Positions 39,483-48,031 of a stretch of DNA of 64,000 bases are shown here, piece after piece. The stretch is taken from NCBI GenBank assembly GCA_001189095.1, contig LFCK01000004.1, positions 5,674-69,673 of the forward strand. The letters are read 5' to 3'. The notes beneath the pieces are model-generated. The model searched no databases. It was not told the origin of the DNA and saw only the letters and a list, made by a program, of their open reading frames with translations. Both the position numbers and the translations under genes were made by a program. Source of the DNA: Parcubacteria bacterium C7867-001 (GTDB lineage Bacteria; Patescibacteriota; Minisyncoccia; Phycocordibacterales; Phycocordibacteraceae). Positions within the stretch are counted from its first letter, which is position 1. Each line of letters begins with the position of its first letter.

Positions 39483-40326
39483 CTTCAGCAATAATTGTCC
39501 ATGGGAATGGACCTTCACGCCGGATAAGGAATCCTGCGGAGTTTGGATGGCCGTTGCCGCCGAATTTCTGCGCGATTTTCGATACGTCTACCGAACCGTC
39601 GCCCCGAATAGAAACACCGTACCCGTTCGGGTGTGCCGAGATGACCAAGGCGCACGGACCCTTTTTCTTTGCAAGAAGATTCCCGACAAGAGATTTCATC
39701 GACTTCAGTGGATGTGCTTGTGCGAAATATACTTCGTGTCCTTCAAATGACACGAGTTTCGCATGCTCTACGGAGATAGCTGCGAGCCGTTCGAAATATT
39801 CGCGATAGACAGTCGCCCGTGAGAGCATCGTCTCTCTTGTCGATGGGTTGTCGAGGGCTTGAGCAATTTCATCCCATACCTGAAATTCAAATGGCTGCAC
39901 TTCAAGAAAGGTGATAATCGCGCGAGTGTCAGGAAGTGAAAAACGGAATAGGTCGTCGTCCTCAACATGCTGGAGAAGCGTCGGAAAGGGGGTCTCGGGA
40001 TGGAAATAGTCCCACGCAATTGCAGCTCCTGAATGGTCGCTGGCGTAGCGGTATTCCGGCATGCTACGTATGACATCTTCAACACCCTCGTGGTGGTCGA
40101 GCATCGTTACGCTTTTCGCAATTGTGATGAACTGATCCATTACCTCTTTCGTATAGCAGAAATCGATGAAGTAAAGGTTTGCACCCGTGCATGCTTCGTA
40201 CGGCGGCTCACCGTTTCGTGAAAGTGGAATATATTCAGCAGCGTCGCCGAATTTCTTCCATGCGGCATACGCGCCGCCGAATCCGTCGGGGCAGTTGCCG
40301 TGATAAAGAATGATCGTTTTTTCCAT
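39463..40326 (-). CDS. DHH-family phosphoesterase (nanoRNase/pAp phosphatase-like)
   Basis: GNCPDGFG and LDHHEG (DHH) motifs. Confidence 0.65.
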   Translation of the reverse strand: MEKTIILYHGNCPDGFGGAYAAWKKFGDAAEYIPLSRNGEPPYEACTGANLYFIDFCYTKEVMDQFITIAKSVTMLDHHEGVEDVIRSMPEYRYASDHSGAAIAWDYFHPETPFPTLLQHVEDDDLFRFSLPDTRAIITFLEVQPFEFQVWDEIAQALDNPSTRETMLSRATVYREYFERLAAISVEHAKLVSFEGHEVYFAQAHPLKSMKSLVGNLLAKKKGPCALVISAHPNGYGVSIRGDGSVDVSKIAQKFGGNGHPNSAGFLIRREGPFPWTIIAEDETPRD

Positions 40327-40335
40327 AAAGTTAGT

Positions 40336-41193
40336 TTATCGCACGAAGCGGACGTACATGCCGGCGGGGATGAAGCGAGTTGAGTCGGTCTCAGGAATGC
40401 GGAGTTCACCATACTGTACTTCGTTGTTCGCAAAAACGCTCTGAACCAGCTGCTTGAACGAAAGTGGGGAATAGCCAGCGGCATAGCCGTTCAAAAGGAA
40501 GAATGAGCCGGAAGCATCTCCAAGAAGCTCCTTCAGCTGCTCCATGAGCGGGAGGAGATCTTCTTCTATTTTCCACACCTCGTCTTTGGCGCCGCGGCCG
40601 AACGCAGGTGGATCAAGAAGGATGCCATCATACTTCGCGCCGCGCTTCACTTCGCGCTTTACGAAGGTGCGCACATCTTCGTGTATGTAGCGGATTGCGT
40701 CTTCCGCAAGGCCGGATGCTTCTGCGTTTTCTTTGCACCACGCGAGGCTCGCCTTCGACGAATCAACATGGGTAACTTCGGCACCAGCTTTTGCAGCAAG
40801 TACGCTCGCAGCGCCGGTATAGCCGAAAAGATTGAGCACTTTTGGCTTCTTGAGCGTCTTGATGCGTTCGTCGGTCCACGACCAGTTCGCCGCTTGCTCG
40901 GGAAAGAGTCCCACATGCTTAAAGTTGGTGAGCTTCGCGTAGAGCAGCGCGTCTGTATATGCGACGGTCCACGATTCAGGCACATCGGAATTCTTCTTCC
41001 ATGCGCCTTTGCCGTTTTCCCATACGAACTCCGCATTCGCGTTTCCCCAGAGCTCGGGCTTACTTTTTTTCCAGATGGCCTGCGTATCAGGACGCGAAAG
41101 GACGAGATAGCCAAAACGCTCGAGCTTCATGTGGTCTCCCGAGTCGAGGAGTTCGTAACCACTGAAGTCTTCTATCGAAAGATGTTTCTCCAT
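40336..41193 (-). CDS. Class I SAM-dependent RNA methyltransferase (RlmI/YccW-like)
   Basis: GYTGAASV motif I and LDPPAF motif. Confidence 0.55.
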   Translation of the reverse strand: MEKHLSIEDFSGYELLDSGDHMKLERFGYLVLSRPDTQAIWKKSKPELWGNANAEFVWENGKGAWKKNSDVPESWTVAYTDALLYAKLTNFKHVGLFPEQAANWSWTDERIKTLKKPKVLNLFGYTGAASVLAAKAGAEVTHVDSSKASLAWCKENAEASGLAEDAIRYIHEDVRTFVKREVKRGAKYDGILLDPPAFGRGAKDEVWKIEEDLLPLMEQLKELLGDASGSFFLLNGYAAGYSPLSFKQLVQSVFANNEVQYGELRIPETDSTRFIPAGMYVRFVR

Positions 41194-41195
41194 GC

Positions 41196-41951
41196 CTAGG
41201 CGCGAAGTGCGTGCGGGTGTTTACCACTCCATGCATGGAAAACGATTCCCGCTGAGACGGCGACGTTCAAGGATTCGGTGCGGGGATGCATCGGAATAGA
41301 AAGAGTGATGTCGCAGGTCTCGAGCGTCTTTTCGCGGATGCCGTCGCCTTCGTTGCCGAAAACAAACACTGCTGGCGCGTCGAAGTTTTCATTCTGAATT
41401 TGTTCGCCGTCCATGGCGAGGCCGTAGATCCAGAAGCCTTTGTCCTTGAGTGTTCGGAGCGTTGTATTCACGTTGCCTATTGAAACGAGCGGAATGCGGA
41501 ATGCCATGCCGGCCGAAGTCTTCACGACGGTACCGGTCACCTGTGCTTGGTTGTGTTCAGGAATGAGAACGCCAGCGAGTCCGAAGGCGGCAGCCGAACG
41601 GATGATGGCTCCCACATTATGGGGATCTTGTACTTCGCCAAGAACCGCGAGCGCCGTCGCCTTGGTCGGCGTAAGTTCGCGAATGAAATCATCGAATGAG
41701 CGAACAAGGAGGCCGGTGTCGACAACTGCGATGACGCCCTGATGCGTCTTGTCGTCACCGACCTTGCGGTTTGCTTCGCCAGCTTTGAGCTCGCTTACGG
41801 GAATGCCGCGCTGCTTCAGCTTGCTGCGAAGTGCAGCATCGGAAACGTCGGGCGAAAGGTGGACACGCTTAATGACCTGCGGTGCGCTCTCAAGCGCTTC
41901 CATCAGTGCGTTCTTGCCGTATATGTATGCTTTTTCGAGGGGTTTGGGCAT
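41196..41951 (-). CDS. rlmB: 23S rRNA 2'-O-methyltransferase RlmB (SpoU/TrmH family)
   Basis: SpoU motifs GAIIRSAAAFG, VFGNEGDGI, SLNVAVSAGI. Confidence 0.8.
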   Translation of the reverse strand: MPKPLEKAYIYGKNALMEALESAPQVIKRVHLSPDVSDAALRSKLKQRGIPVSELKAGEANRKVGDDKTHQGVIAVVDTGLLVRSFDDFIRELTPTKATALAVLGEVQDPHNVGAIIRSAAAFGLAGVLIPEHNQAQVTGTVVKTSAGMAFRIPLVSIGNVNTTLRTLKDKGFWIYGLAMDGEQIQNENFDAPAVFVFGNEGDGIREKTLETCDITLSIPMHPRTESLNVAVSAGIVFHAWSGKHPHALRA

Positions 41952-42044
41952 GGGAAAAGGGTTAGTCGCCTACGGCTTTCGGATCCTGTATCGCGCTACA
42001 AAAACAATAGTCGCATATTGCTACGCAATCGGCTCCTTTGTTTT

Positions 42045-42117
42045 GTGCGCGATACAGGATTCGAACCTGTGACCCTCCCCACGTCAAGGGGATGCTCTAC
42101 CAACTGAGCTAACCGCG
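42045..42117 (-). tRNA. tRNA-Val (anticodon GAC)
   Basis: Reverse complement gives gcgcggt...ttGACgt...atcgcgc. Confidence 0.8.
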
Positions 42118-42163
42118 CGTATGCGTCGCACTTTAACCCAAAAATGGCTACTATTCAATATAT

Positions 42164-42961
42164 ATGGAGCCGTACGTAGTCCTCGAGAAGAAGGTGGGGG
42201 AGACGCCGCTCATGGCCATGGAGACATGGAAGCGCTCGCGTCCGGACCTTAAGAACGTTCCCGTTACCTATGCGGGCAGGCTCGACCCGATGGCGAGTGG
42301 GAAGCTGCTCGTGCTGCTTGGTGAGGAGTGCAAGAAGAAGGACTCGTACTTGAATCTCGATAAGGAGTATGAGATCGAGGTCTTGCTCGACATTGGAAGC
42401 GATACAGGCGACGCACTCGGTCTTGTTACCTACTCGAATCTCGAAGTGCGTACGAACCCGAAGATGCTCGCAAGTATTCTCAAGAATGAAGAGGGTGCGC
42501 ACATGCGCTCGTATCCTGCTTTTTCTTCGAAACCCGCAGGCGGTATCCCACTTTTCAAGCGTGCGCTTATGGGAACTCTCGACGAAGTCGAAACTCCCGA
42601 GCACATGGAAGTCATACGTAGTATCAAATACACCGGCTCGTACACACTCAGTACCGATGAGCTCAAGAAGGGAATAGAAGAATATCTCGAGAAAGTTCCG
42701 AAGAATGATGAGCGCTCGAAGGAGGTTGGTGCCGACTTTCGCATACATGACGTACGAGCCTCGTGGAAAGAGCTGTGGAGCGGGATGCGTGAGCGCGAAT
42801 TTCGTGTGCTGCGGTTGCGTGTTTCCTGCGGAAGCGGATCGTATATGCGTACGCTCGCGGGACGCATTGGTGAAGCGCTTGGTACCAAATCGCTTGCACT
42901 CTCCATACGTCGTACGAAGCTCGGTCGAGAATGGAATGGCGTCTGGCTGAAATCATACTGA
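42164..42961 (+). CDS. truB: tRNA pseudouridine synthase TruB-like
   Basis: YAGRLDPMASGKL catalytic Asp motif. Confidence 0.6.
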   Translation: MEPYVVLEKKVGETPLMAMETWKRSRPDLKNVPVTYAGRLDPMASGKLLVLLGEECKKKDSYLNLDKEYEIEVLLDIGSDTGDALGLVTYSNLEVRTNPKMLASILKNEEGAHMRSYPAFSSKPAGGIPLFKRALMGTLDEVETPEHMEVIRSIKYTGSYTLSTDELKKGIEEYLEKVPKNDERSKEVGADFRIHDVRASWKELWSGMREREFRVLRLRVSCGSGSYMRTLAGRIGEALGTKSLALSIRRTKLGREWNGVWLKSY

Positions 42962-43190
42962 TATTCATACTCGCTTCACACGGAAAGGCACATGATTGAG
43001 AAGTTCGGACGCGCGGCGGGGCTGCGTGCTCTGAGCACCTCTGTTCTTTCTCCTTAGAGCGCTCAAAATAGCTGCCGCGCGTATCGCGGTATGCAAACGG
43101 GGACACGCGCAGATTCAATCTGCGCGTGTCCCCGCGTATGCCAGCGTTCGCTGGCGCGCTTTTGATCCGCATGTTGCATACTACCTACAT

Positions 43191-44435
43191 ATGAAAACCA
43201 GACAGGTTCTTATCGTCATCGCGTTCCTCCTCGTTATTGGTGGTGGATACGGTACGTATACGTATCTAAAGGAGAAACCGCCACATTGGTTGATTGGTCT
43301 CCTCACGCGCACTGCACCGCCGCCGCCACTTCCCGAAGGAGAGACGGCGCCGCTTACGCTACCGGAAGGTTTTGTAGCAACCATTTTTGCACGGGACATC
43401 ACGGGTGCACGTGTCATGCTTCGTGACCCAAAAGGCACGCTACTCGTTTCTGAAACGGGGGTAGGGAAGGTTGTCGCGCTCCCTGATGTAAATAGCGATG
43501 GAGTTGCAGACAAAACAGTTACGGTGCTCGAGGGTCTGAGACAACCGCACGGCCTTTCCATCATTTGTGCTGACACAGGAAACGCGAGCGCCGATCAGGA
43601 TGCCTGCATGCTCTACGTTGCGGAAACAGGTTCACTCAAGTCGTATGCGTATGACGCCGACACCATGAAAGCGTCGAGTCCAACAGAGCTTGCCCAATTT
43701 CCAGCGGGTGACGGCCACTTTACTCGCACACTGCTTCCCGCGAAGGATAACTCGGGACTCTTCATTTCAATTGGATCTTCGTGCAACGTTTGCAACGAGA
43801 AGAATCCGTTACGTGCGACCGTACAGCTCTTTGATTTCGCAACGCAGAAGCTGACGACGTATGCAACGGGGCTACGCAACACGGTCTTTATGGCGTATGA
43901 CCCCGTGACCGGCGCGCTCTGGGGAACGGACAATGGGCGTGATGTCATTGGTGAGGATATTCCACCGGACGAAGTAAATATCATCAAACAAGGCGGCAAT
44001 TACGGGTGGCCCGTTTGTTACGGCGCAAACATAAACGATCGCGACTTTGATAAAAACGTCTACATTCAGAATCCTTGTAACGGAAAAATCGCACCGCATA
44101 TTGAGCTTCAGGCGCACTCAGCGCCGCTCGGACTCGCGTTCATTCCCGAAGAAGGTTGGCCGGCGGATATGCGTAACGACCTTCTCGTCGCGTATCACGG
44201 CTCATGGAATAGGTCCGTACCAACTGGCTACAAAGTTGTGCGCTTCAATCTCGACGGTTCGCGCAAAGCGTCGGGAGGTCCTATCGACTTCGTTACCGGC
44301 TTTCTTGCTGCAGGAGCAGAAGAAGACGCTGCAATAGGAAGGCCGGTCGGACTTCTTGCAGAGCCAGGTGGCGTCGTGTATCTCTCCGATGATCGAGCGA
44401 ACGCCATCTACAAGATTCGCTACGCAGGGAACTAA
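43191..44435 (+). CDS. PQQ-dependent sugar dehydrogenase-like beta-propeller protein
   Basis: Signal anchor and a GGNYGWP motif. Confidence 0.65.
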   Translation: MKTRQVLIVIAFLLVIGGGYGTYTYLKEKPPHWLIGLLTRTAPPPPLPEGETAPLTLPEGFVATIFARDITGARVMLRDPKGTLLVSETGVGKVVALPDVNSDGVADKTVTVLEGLRQPHGLSIICADTGNASADQDACMLYVAETGSLKSYAYDADTMKASSPTELAQFPAGDGHFTRTLLPAKDNSGLFISIGSSCNVCNEKNPLRATVQLFDFATQKLTTYATGLRNTVFMAYDPVTGALWGTDNGRDVIGEDIPPDEVNIIKQGGNYGWPVCYGANINDRDFDKNVYIQNPCNGKIAPHIELQAHSAPLGLAFIPEEGWPADMRNDLLVAYHGSWNRSVPTGYKVVRFNLDGSRKASGGPIDFVTGFLAAGAEEDAAIGRPVGLLAEPGGVVYLSDDRANAIYKIRYAGN

Positions 44436-44510
44436 GCATCCATCGTTCACGACAAATTGTTATAGTATCTGAGAGCGTTCATTACGAATGCTTTCACGAG
44501 GAGTGAGTGA

Positions 44511-44771
44511 ATGTACGGACTCTTGAAAGATGCTCCGGTTCCGGAAACGGAACGTACGGAACCACCGCGAAAGGTTGCTCCGCTCGATTCGAATGAGACG
44601 CGTGCTATGGAAGCGCGCATCCAAGAGCTCGTCGAGAAGACGGGTCAGAGCAGGCAAACCATTCTGCAGCGGGCGATCCGCATTGCGATGGGGCAACTGC
44701 CAACGGGCTGTCCGGGGACAAACCTCGACTGTCCACATCGGGCAACGTGTCTTGCGAATGCGCAGGACTAA
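44511..44771 (+). CDS. Hypothetical small protein
   Basis: 86-aa ORF; terminator at 44786-44812. Confidence 0.35.
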   Translation: MYGLLKDAPVPETERTEPPRKVAPLDSNETRAMEARIQELVEKTGQSRQTILQRAIRIAMGQLPTGCPGTNLDCPHRATCLANAQD

Positions 44772-44904
44772 CGTCCTAAAAATACGAGCCGGCGCCATAG
44801 GCGCCGGCTTTTCCAATTTCAGAAACTTTACAAGAAACAGGGAATGGGGCATAGTGCGAATCAGTTGAACGTGCCGCACCCTGCGGCTTATTCAGGAGGT
44901 AGTA

Positions 44905-45216
44905 ATGCCCAAGATTGAAAAAGTGGAAGGCGAAACCTTTTCGCTGCGCGTGACGCGTCGCAAAAGCCGCAAACGTTCGAAGCGCACTTCTGAGAGCGCG
45001 CGTATCCGCGTGAAGTGCGGCTGCTGCGACGAGGCTGTCGAGATTTCGCATGACGATCGTCTCATCAGTCCGGCGAGTAATTTCCTCGAGATCAACGGGG
45101 TCATGGGCACCGTCCAGGAGTGGAGGCACGTTTTCGCCCCGCTGCTTGGCTTCCAACCGGTGGTTTCGACCGCGAAGGGCGGCGCCAAGAAGACGACGTG
45201 GGAAAGCCTCATCTAG
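44905..45216 (+). CDS. Hypothetical basic protein with a CGCC motif
   Basis: 103-aa ORF; terminator at 45237-45267. Confidence 0.35.
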   Translation: MPKIEKVEGETFSLRVTRRKSRKRSKRTSESARIRVKCGCCDEAVEISHDDRLISPASNFLEINGVMGTVQEWRHVFAPLLGFQPVVSTAKGGAKKTTWESLI

Positions 45217-45302
45217 GCTCCACCGACAAGAATACAAAGCACGGCCAGAATGGCCGTGCTTTCTTTGTCTATATACGATTTTGTGTTATGTTTTCTTACT
45301 AC

Positions 45303-45374
45303 GGCCCTATCGTCTAACGGTTAGGACAGATCCCTTTCACGGATCAAATCGGGGTTCGATTCCCCGTGGGGTCA
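45303..45374 (+). tRNA. tRNA-Glu (anticodon TTC)
   Basis: Acceptor ggcccta/tggggtc with G-U pairs; anticodon loop ctTTCac. Confidence 0.7.
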
Positions 45375-45377
45375 CAA

Positions 45378-45546
45378 GGAGAGGTGGCTATGAATATAGT
45401 GGGATTATATTCATCCGCGTAGACGGGAGTGTCCGAGGAGGACACGAAGTCACCGAACCGATGAAATACGGAGAGGTGGCTACGAACATGATGGGATCGT
45501 GTTCGTCCCCGAAGAGGGGAGTGTCCGAGGAGGACACGAAGTCACC
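45378..45546 (+). repeat. Two tandem ~77-nt cloverleaf-like repeats (R1 45378-45454, R2 45470-45546), each starting with the first 12 nt of tRNA-Ser (GGAGAGGTGGCT)
   Basis: Closing stem ggtggc/gtcacc plus three hairpins; R1 versus R2 differences are compensatory within the stems. Confidence 0.6.
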
Positions 45547-47214
45547 TCGATTGAGTGAAGCGAAGGAGAGGTGGCTGAGTGGTCGAAGGCACCACACTCG
45601 AAATGTGGCGTACGGGAAACTGTACCGAGAGTTCGAATCTCTCCCTCTCCGCAATACTGGTGAAGAGGTGGCGAAAGCTACCTCTTTTCCTTTATCTACT
45701 TGGGTTTTTAGCAGTTCGTAATCTTTATTCAGCTTCGGTACCCACTCAACCAATAATTGAGCCGCATCTGTGTAGAATCTCCTTATTTCAAGCCTGTTTT
45801 GCTGTAAGTTCGTAAAGATTTGTGAAAAGAGTAATCGCTTCTCATCATTGTTGGCTTTCTCATAGATTTCCCGTGCCTTGTACGCGAGTTCGTGCACAGC
45901 AACTCCTAACTGTAGGTATTCATCGTTCTTATCACCACAACGAACCAGGGCGCTTTCAAGAGCCTCTTCCTCGGTTATCAAATCTCCAATCTTTCTCTCG
46001 AAAAATTCTGCTGGAGCCTCACGATTTATCTTTGCTTCATAGAGCTTATCCTTTTGGGCGCGAACACCTTGCAGCAATCCGTTGAGACGCTTCACATCAC
46101 TTTCGCGTTCAGTAATCTGCTCACTGTGTTGGCTTCTTAAAATATCTTCAATAGCCGAAAGCACACGCTCATCTTTTGGAGCGATGCTATCAAAAATATC
46201 AATAAGCTGTAATTCAACTCTATCCTCTCGAATGCCTGTCTTTTGAGGACAGTTCTTAAAGGCGGTACTGTTATTACAATGCCCGTACCAATTACCTTTC
46301 TTTTGATACCACGTAACCATCCCACCGCATCCCTCACAGAAAATCTTGCTCTTAAATAAAGCGTTGTGCTTTTGATACTTTGGATTCTTCATCTGTCGTC
46401 TCAAGACAAGCTGCACTTTCTCAAAAACATCCCTAGCGACAAGCGGCTCGTGAGTTCCAGGGTACACTTCTCCTAGCCATCGTATTTTGCCGATATAGAA
46501 AGGGTCTTGCAGTAAGTTATAGATTCGGGATTTCAATAGCATCTTGCCGCTCGTATTGCGCAATCCAGCATCGTAAAACTCTTTTTCCAGTCGCTTGAGT
46601 GAATAATCTCCCGTTGCGTACAACTCAAACATTTTCTTTATATGAAAAGCAACAGCCTCATTAGGCGCGTGGATTTTATGTCCTTTTTCTCCCACACACT
46701 TGTAGCCAATAAGAGGCTTGGCAGGTAGTCCGCCTTGTGCGATTTTTTCCTTTTGCCCCTTCTTCACTTCTTCTGAAAGATTTGTAACGTACTTTTTCGC
46801 AAGCACAATTTCAATATCCCACCTAAACTTCTCATCAGATTTAGCATTTTTGTGAATGACAAGATTTTGTTTTACGAAATGGATTTGTCTTTCTTCGTTA
46901 GCCTCAAGCCAGTCATTGATAGCTAGAGCATCTTTAAGGTTTCTGGTAAGTCGGTCAACTTTTTCGCAGAGGATATTAGTGACTCTATTTTTCTCTGTGA
47001 ATTTAATCATCTCATCGAATACCTTGCGTTGCTTGGCTCCGCTTGCTGATTCTGCCATCGAAAATATCTTTACGACGGTCAACTTTCTTTTATCAGCATG
47101 TTCTTTAAGTAATTTTTCCTGTGAATCGAGGGAATATCCAGTTTCTTCCTGTTCTCTTGAGGAGACTCGACAGTAGAGTACAGCTTTTGGTTTTAATTCT
47201 TTGTTAGTAGTCAT
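45388..47214 (-). CDS. Large serine recombinase (resolvase domain + recombinase domain + zinc ribbon + coiled coil); the last ~90 codons run antisense through tRNA-Ser and the repeats
   Basis: N-terminal AVLYCRVSSREQ (catalytic Ser), a CEGCGG...HCNN zinc ribbon and a long coiled coil. Confidence 0.8.
   Translation of the reverse strand: MTTNKELKPKAVLYCRVSSREQEETGYSLDSQEKLLKEHADKRKLTVVKIFSMAESASGAKQRKVFDEMIKFTEKNRVTNILCEKVDRLTRNLKDALAINDWLEANEERQIHFVKQNLVIHKNAKSDEKFRWDIEIVLAKKYVTNLSEEVKKGQKEKIAQGGLPAKPLIGYKCVGEKGHKIHAPNEAVAFHIKKMFELYATGDYSLKRLEKEFYDAGLRNTSGKMLLKSRIYNLLQDPFYIGKIRWLGEVYPGTHEPLVARDVFEKVQLVLRRQMKNPKYQKHNALFKSKIFCEGCGGMVTWYQKKGNWYGHCNNSTAFKNCPQKTGIREDRVELQLIDIFDSIAPKDERVLSAIEDILRSQHSEQITERESDVKRLNGLLQGVRAQKDKLYEAKINREAPAEFFERKIGDLITEEEALESALVRCGDKNDEYLQLGVAVHELAYKAREIYEKANNDEKRLLFSQIFTNLQQNRLEIRRFYTDAAQLLVEWVPKLNKDYELLKTQVDKGKEVAFATSSPVLRRGRDSNSRYSFPYATFRVWCLRPLSHLSFASLNRGDFVSSSDTPLFGDEHDPIMFVATSPYFIGSVTSCPPRTLPSTRMNIIPLYS
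45565..45651 (+). tRNA. tRNA-Ser (anticodon CGA)
   Basis: Long variable arm; anticodon loop ctCGAaa; followed by the hairpin at 45671-45695. Confidence 0.8.
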
Positions 47215-47230
47215 AAATTTATTTGGAATG

Positions 47231-47575
47231 TTATTTCTTGGAGAAGTGTTTTGTGAGAATCACTGTCACAAGAATCGTTATTATTAAAATAAGCGCAAAC
47301 ACGATTACATTTCCATATTCATTTATGCCTGCTTGCGAAGGCGCGTTCTCTGCGGTAGTTGTCGGTTGAATTTTCAAGGCATCAAGCTCACTTCGGATTT
47401 CTTGGACTTGCGTTTTCAGTTCAGTATTTTCTTGCTGGAGATTTGAGCTTGGTTGCTGATTCTGCTGTCTTTGATAGTAAGTCTGTATACACGTTTGAAG
47501 CGCAGCCTCATCAGTGGTCTTACAACCTGTTGCAGTATCTTGATATTGTTTTTGAAACTGTAGAATTTTTGCCAT
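47231..47575 (-). CDS. Tail-anchored coiled-coil membrane protein, element-encoded (ORF extends to 47731)
   Basis: Gln-rich coiled coil and a C-terminal TM (VIVFALILIITILVTVILT). Confidence 0.4.
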   Translation of the reverse strand: MAKILQFQKQYQDTATGCKTTDEAALQTCIQTYYQRQQNQQPSSNLQQENTELKTQVQEIRSELDALKIQPTTTAENAPSQAGINEYGNVIVFALILIITILVTVILTKHFSKK

Positions 47576-47772
47576 AGGTGCTAGCACCTGTAGCAGTCCG
47601 TTACGCAAAAAGGGACAGCCCAGGAGCCTGCTACCCACAAGATTGAATTGCACGAGGCAACCAATTGCGGAGGTCTGGACTGCCCCTTTTCGCCCACAAT
47701 TGGGGCTTAAAAAAGCAGAGACCTCGTGCACTATTCAAAACTTATGGGTAGCATAGTAAGTATAGCAAGATG

Positions 47773-47988
47773 TCAGCTTTTGGCAAGTTCAATATCACTA
47801 CTTTTTATTGCCATTTTTATTGCGCTTGCTAATAGCTGAGTTCTTGACCAGCAAACATCCTCGTCGAGGTACCAAGACATCTTAATTTCATCCAACTCTA
47901 CCTTTGTGAGTTCTCGTCCAAAATTTGCTTCAGCAAAACTTTGGATTTCATCCGTATCAAACTCAACTGTAAGTAATATTTCTTCCAT
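47773..47988 (-). CDS. Small acidic hypothetical protein, element-encoded
   Basis: 71-aa ORF, pI acidic by eye. Confidence 0.4.
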   Translation of the reverse strand: MEEILLTVEFDTDEIQSFAEANFGRELTKVELDEIKMSWYLDEDVCWSRTQLLASAIKMAIKSSDIELAKS

Positions 47989-48031
47989 TTTTTTGGTTAG
48001 TTAAATTTATAAATCTCTATATGATGAAATT

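Noticed and set aside
45378-45651. Possible CRISPR array
   Set aside because: There are only two or three long (77-nt) units with no unique spacers, and the third unit is a real tRNA; no cas genes are present; nothing else in the window resembles a CRISPR array
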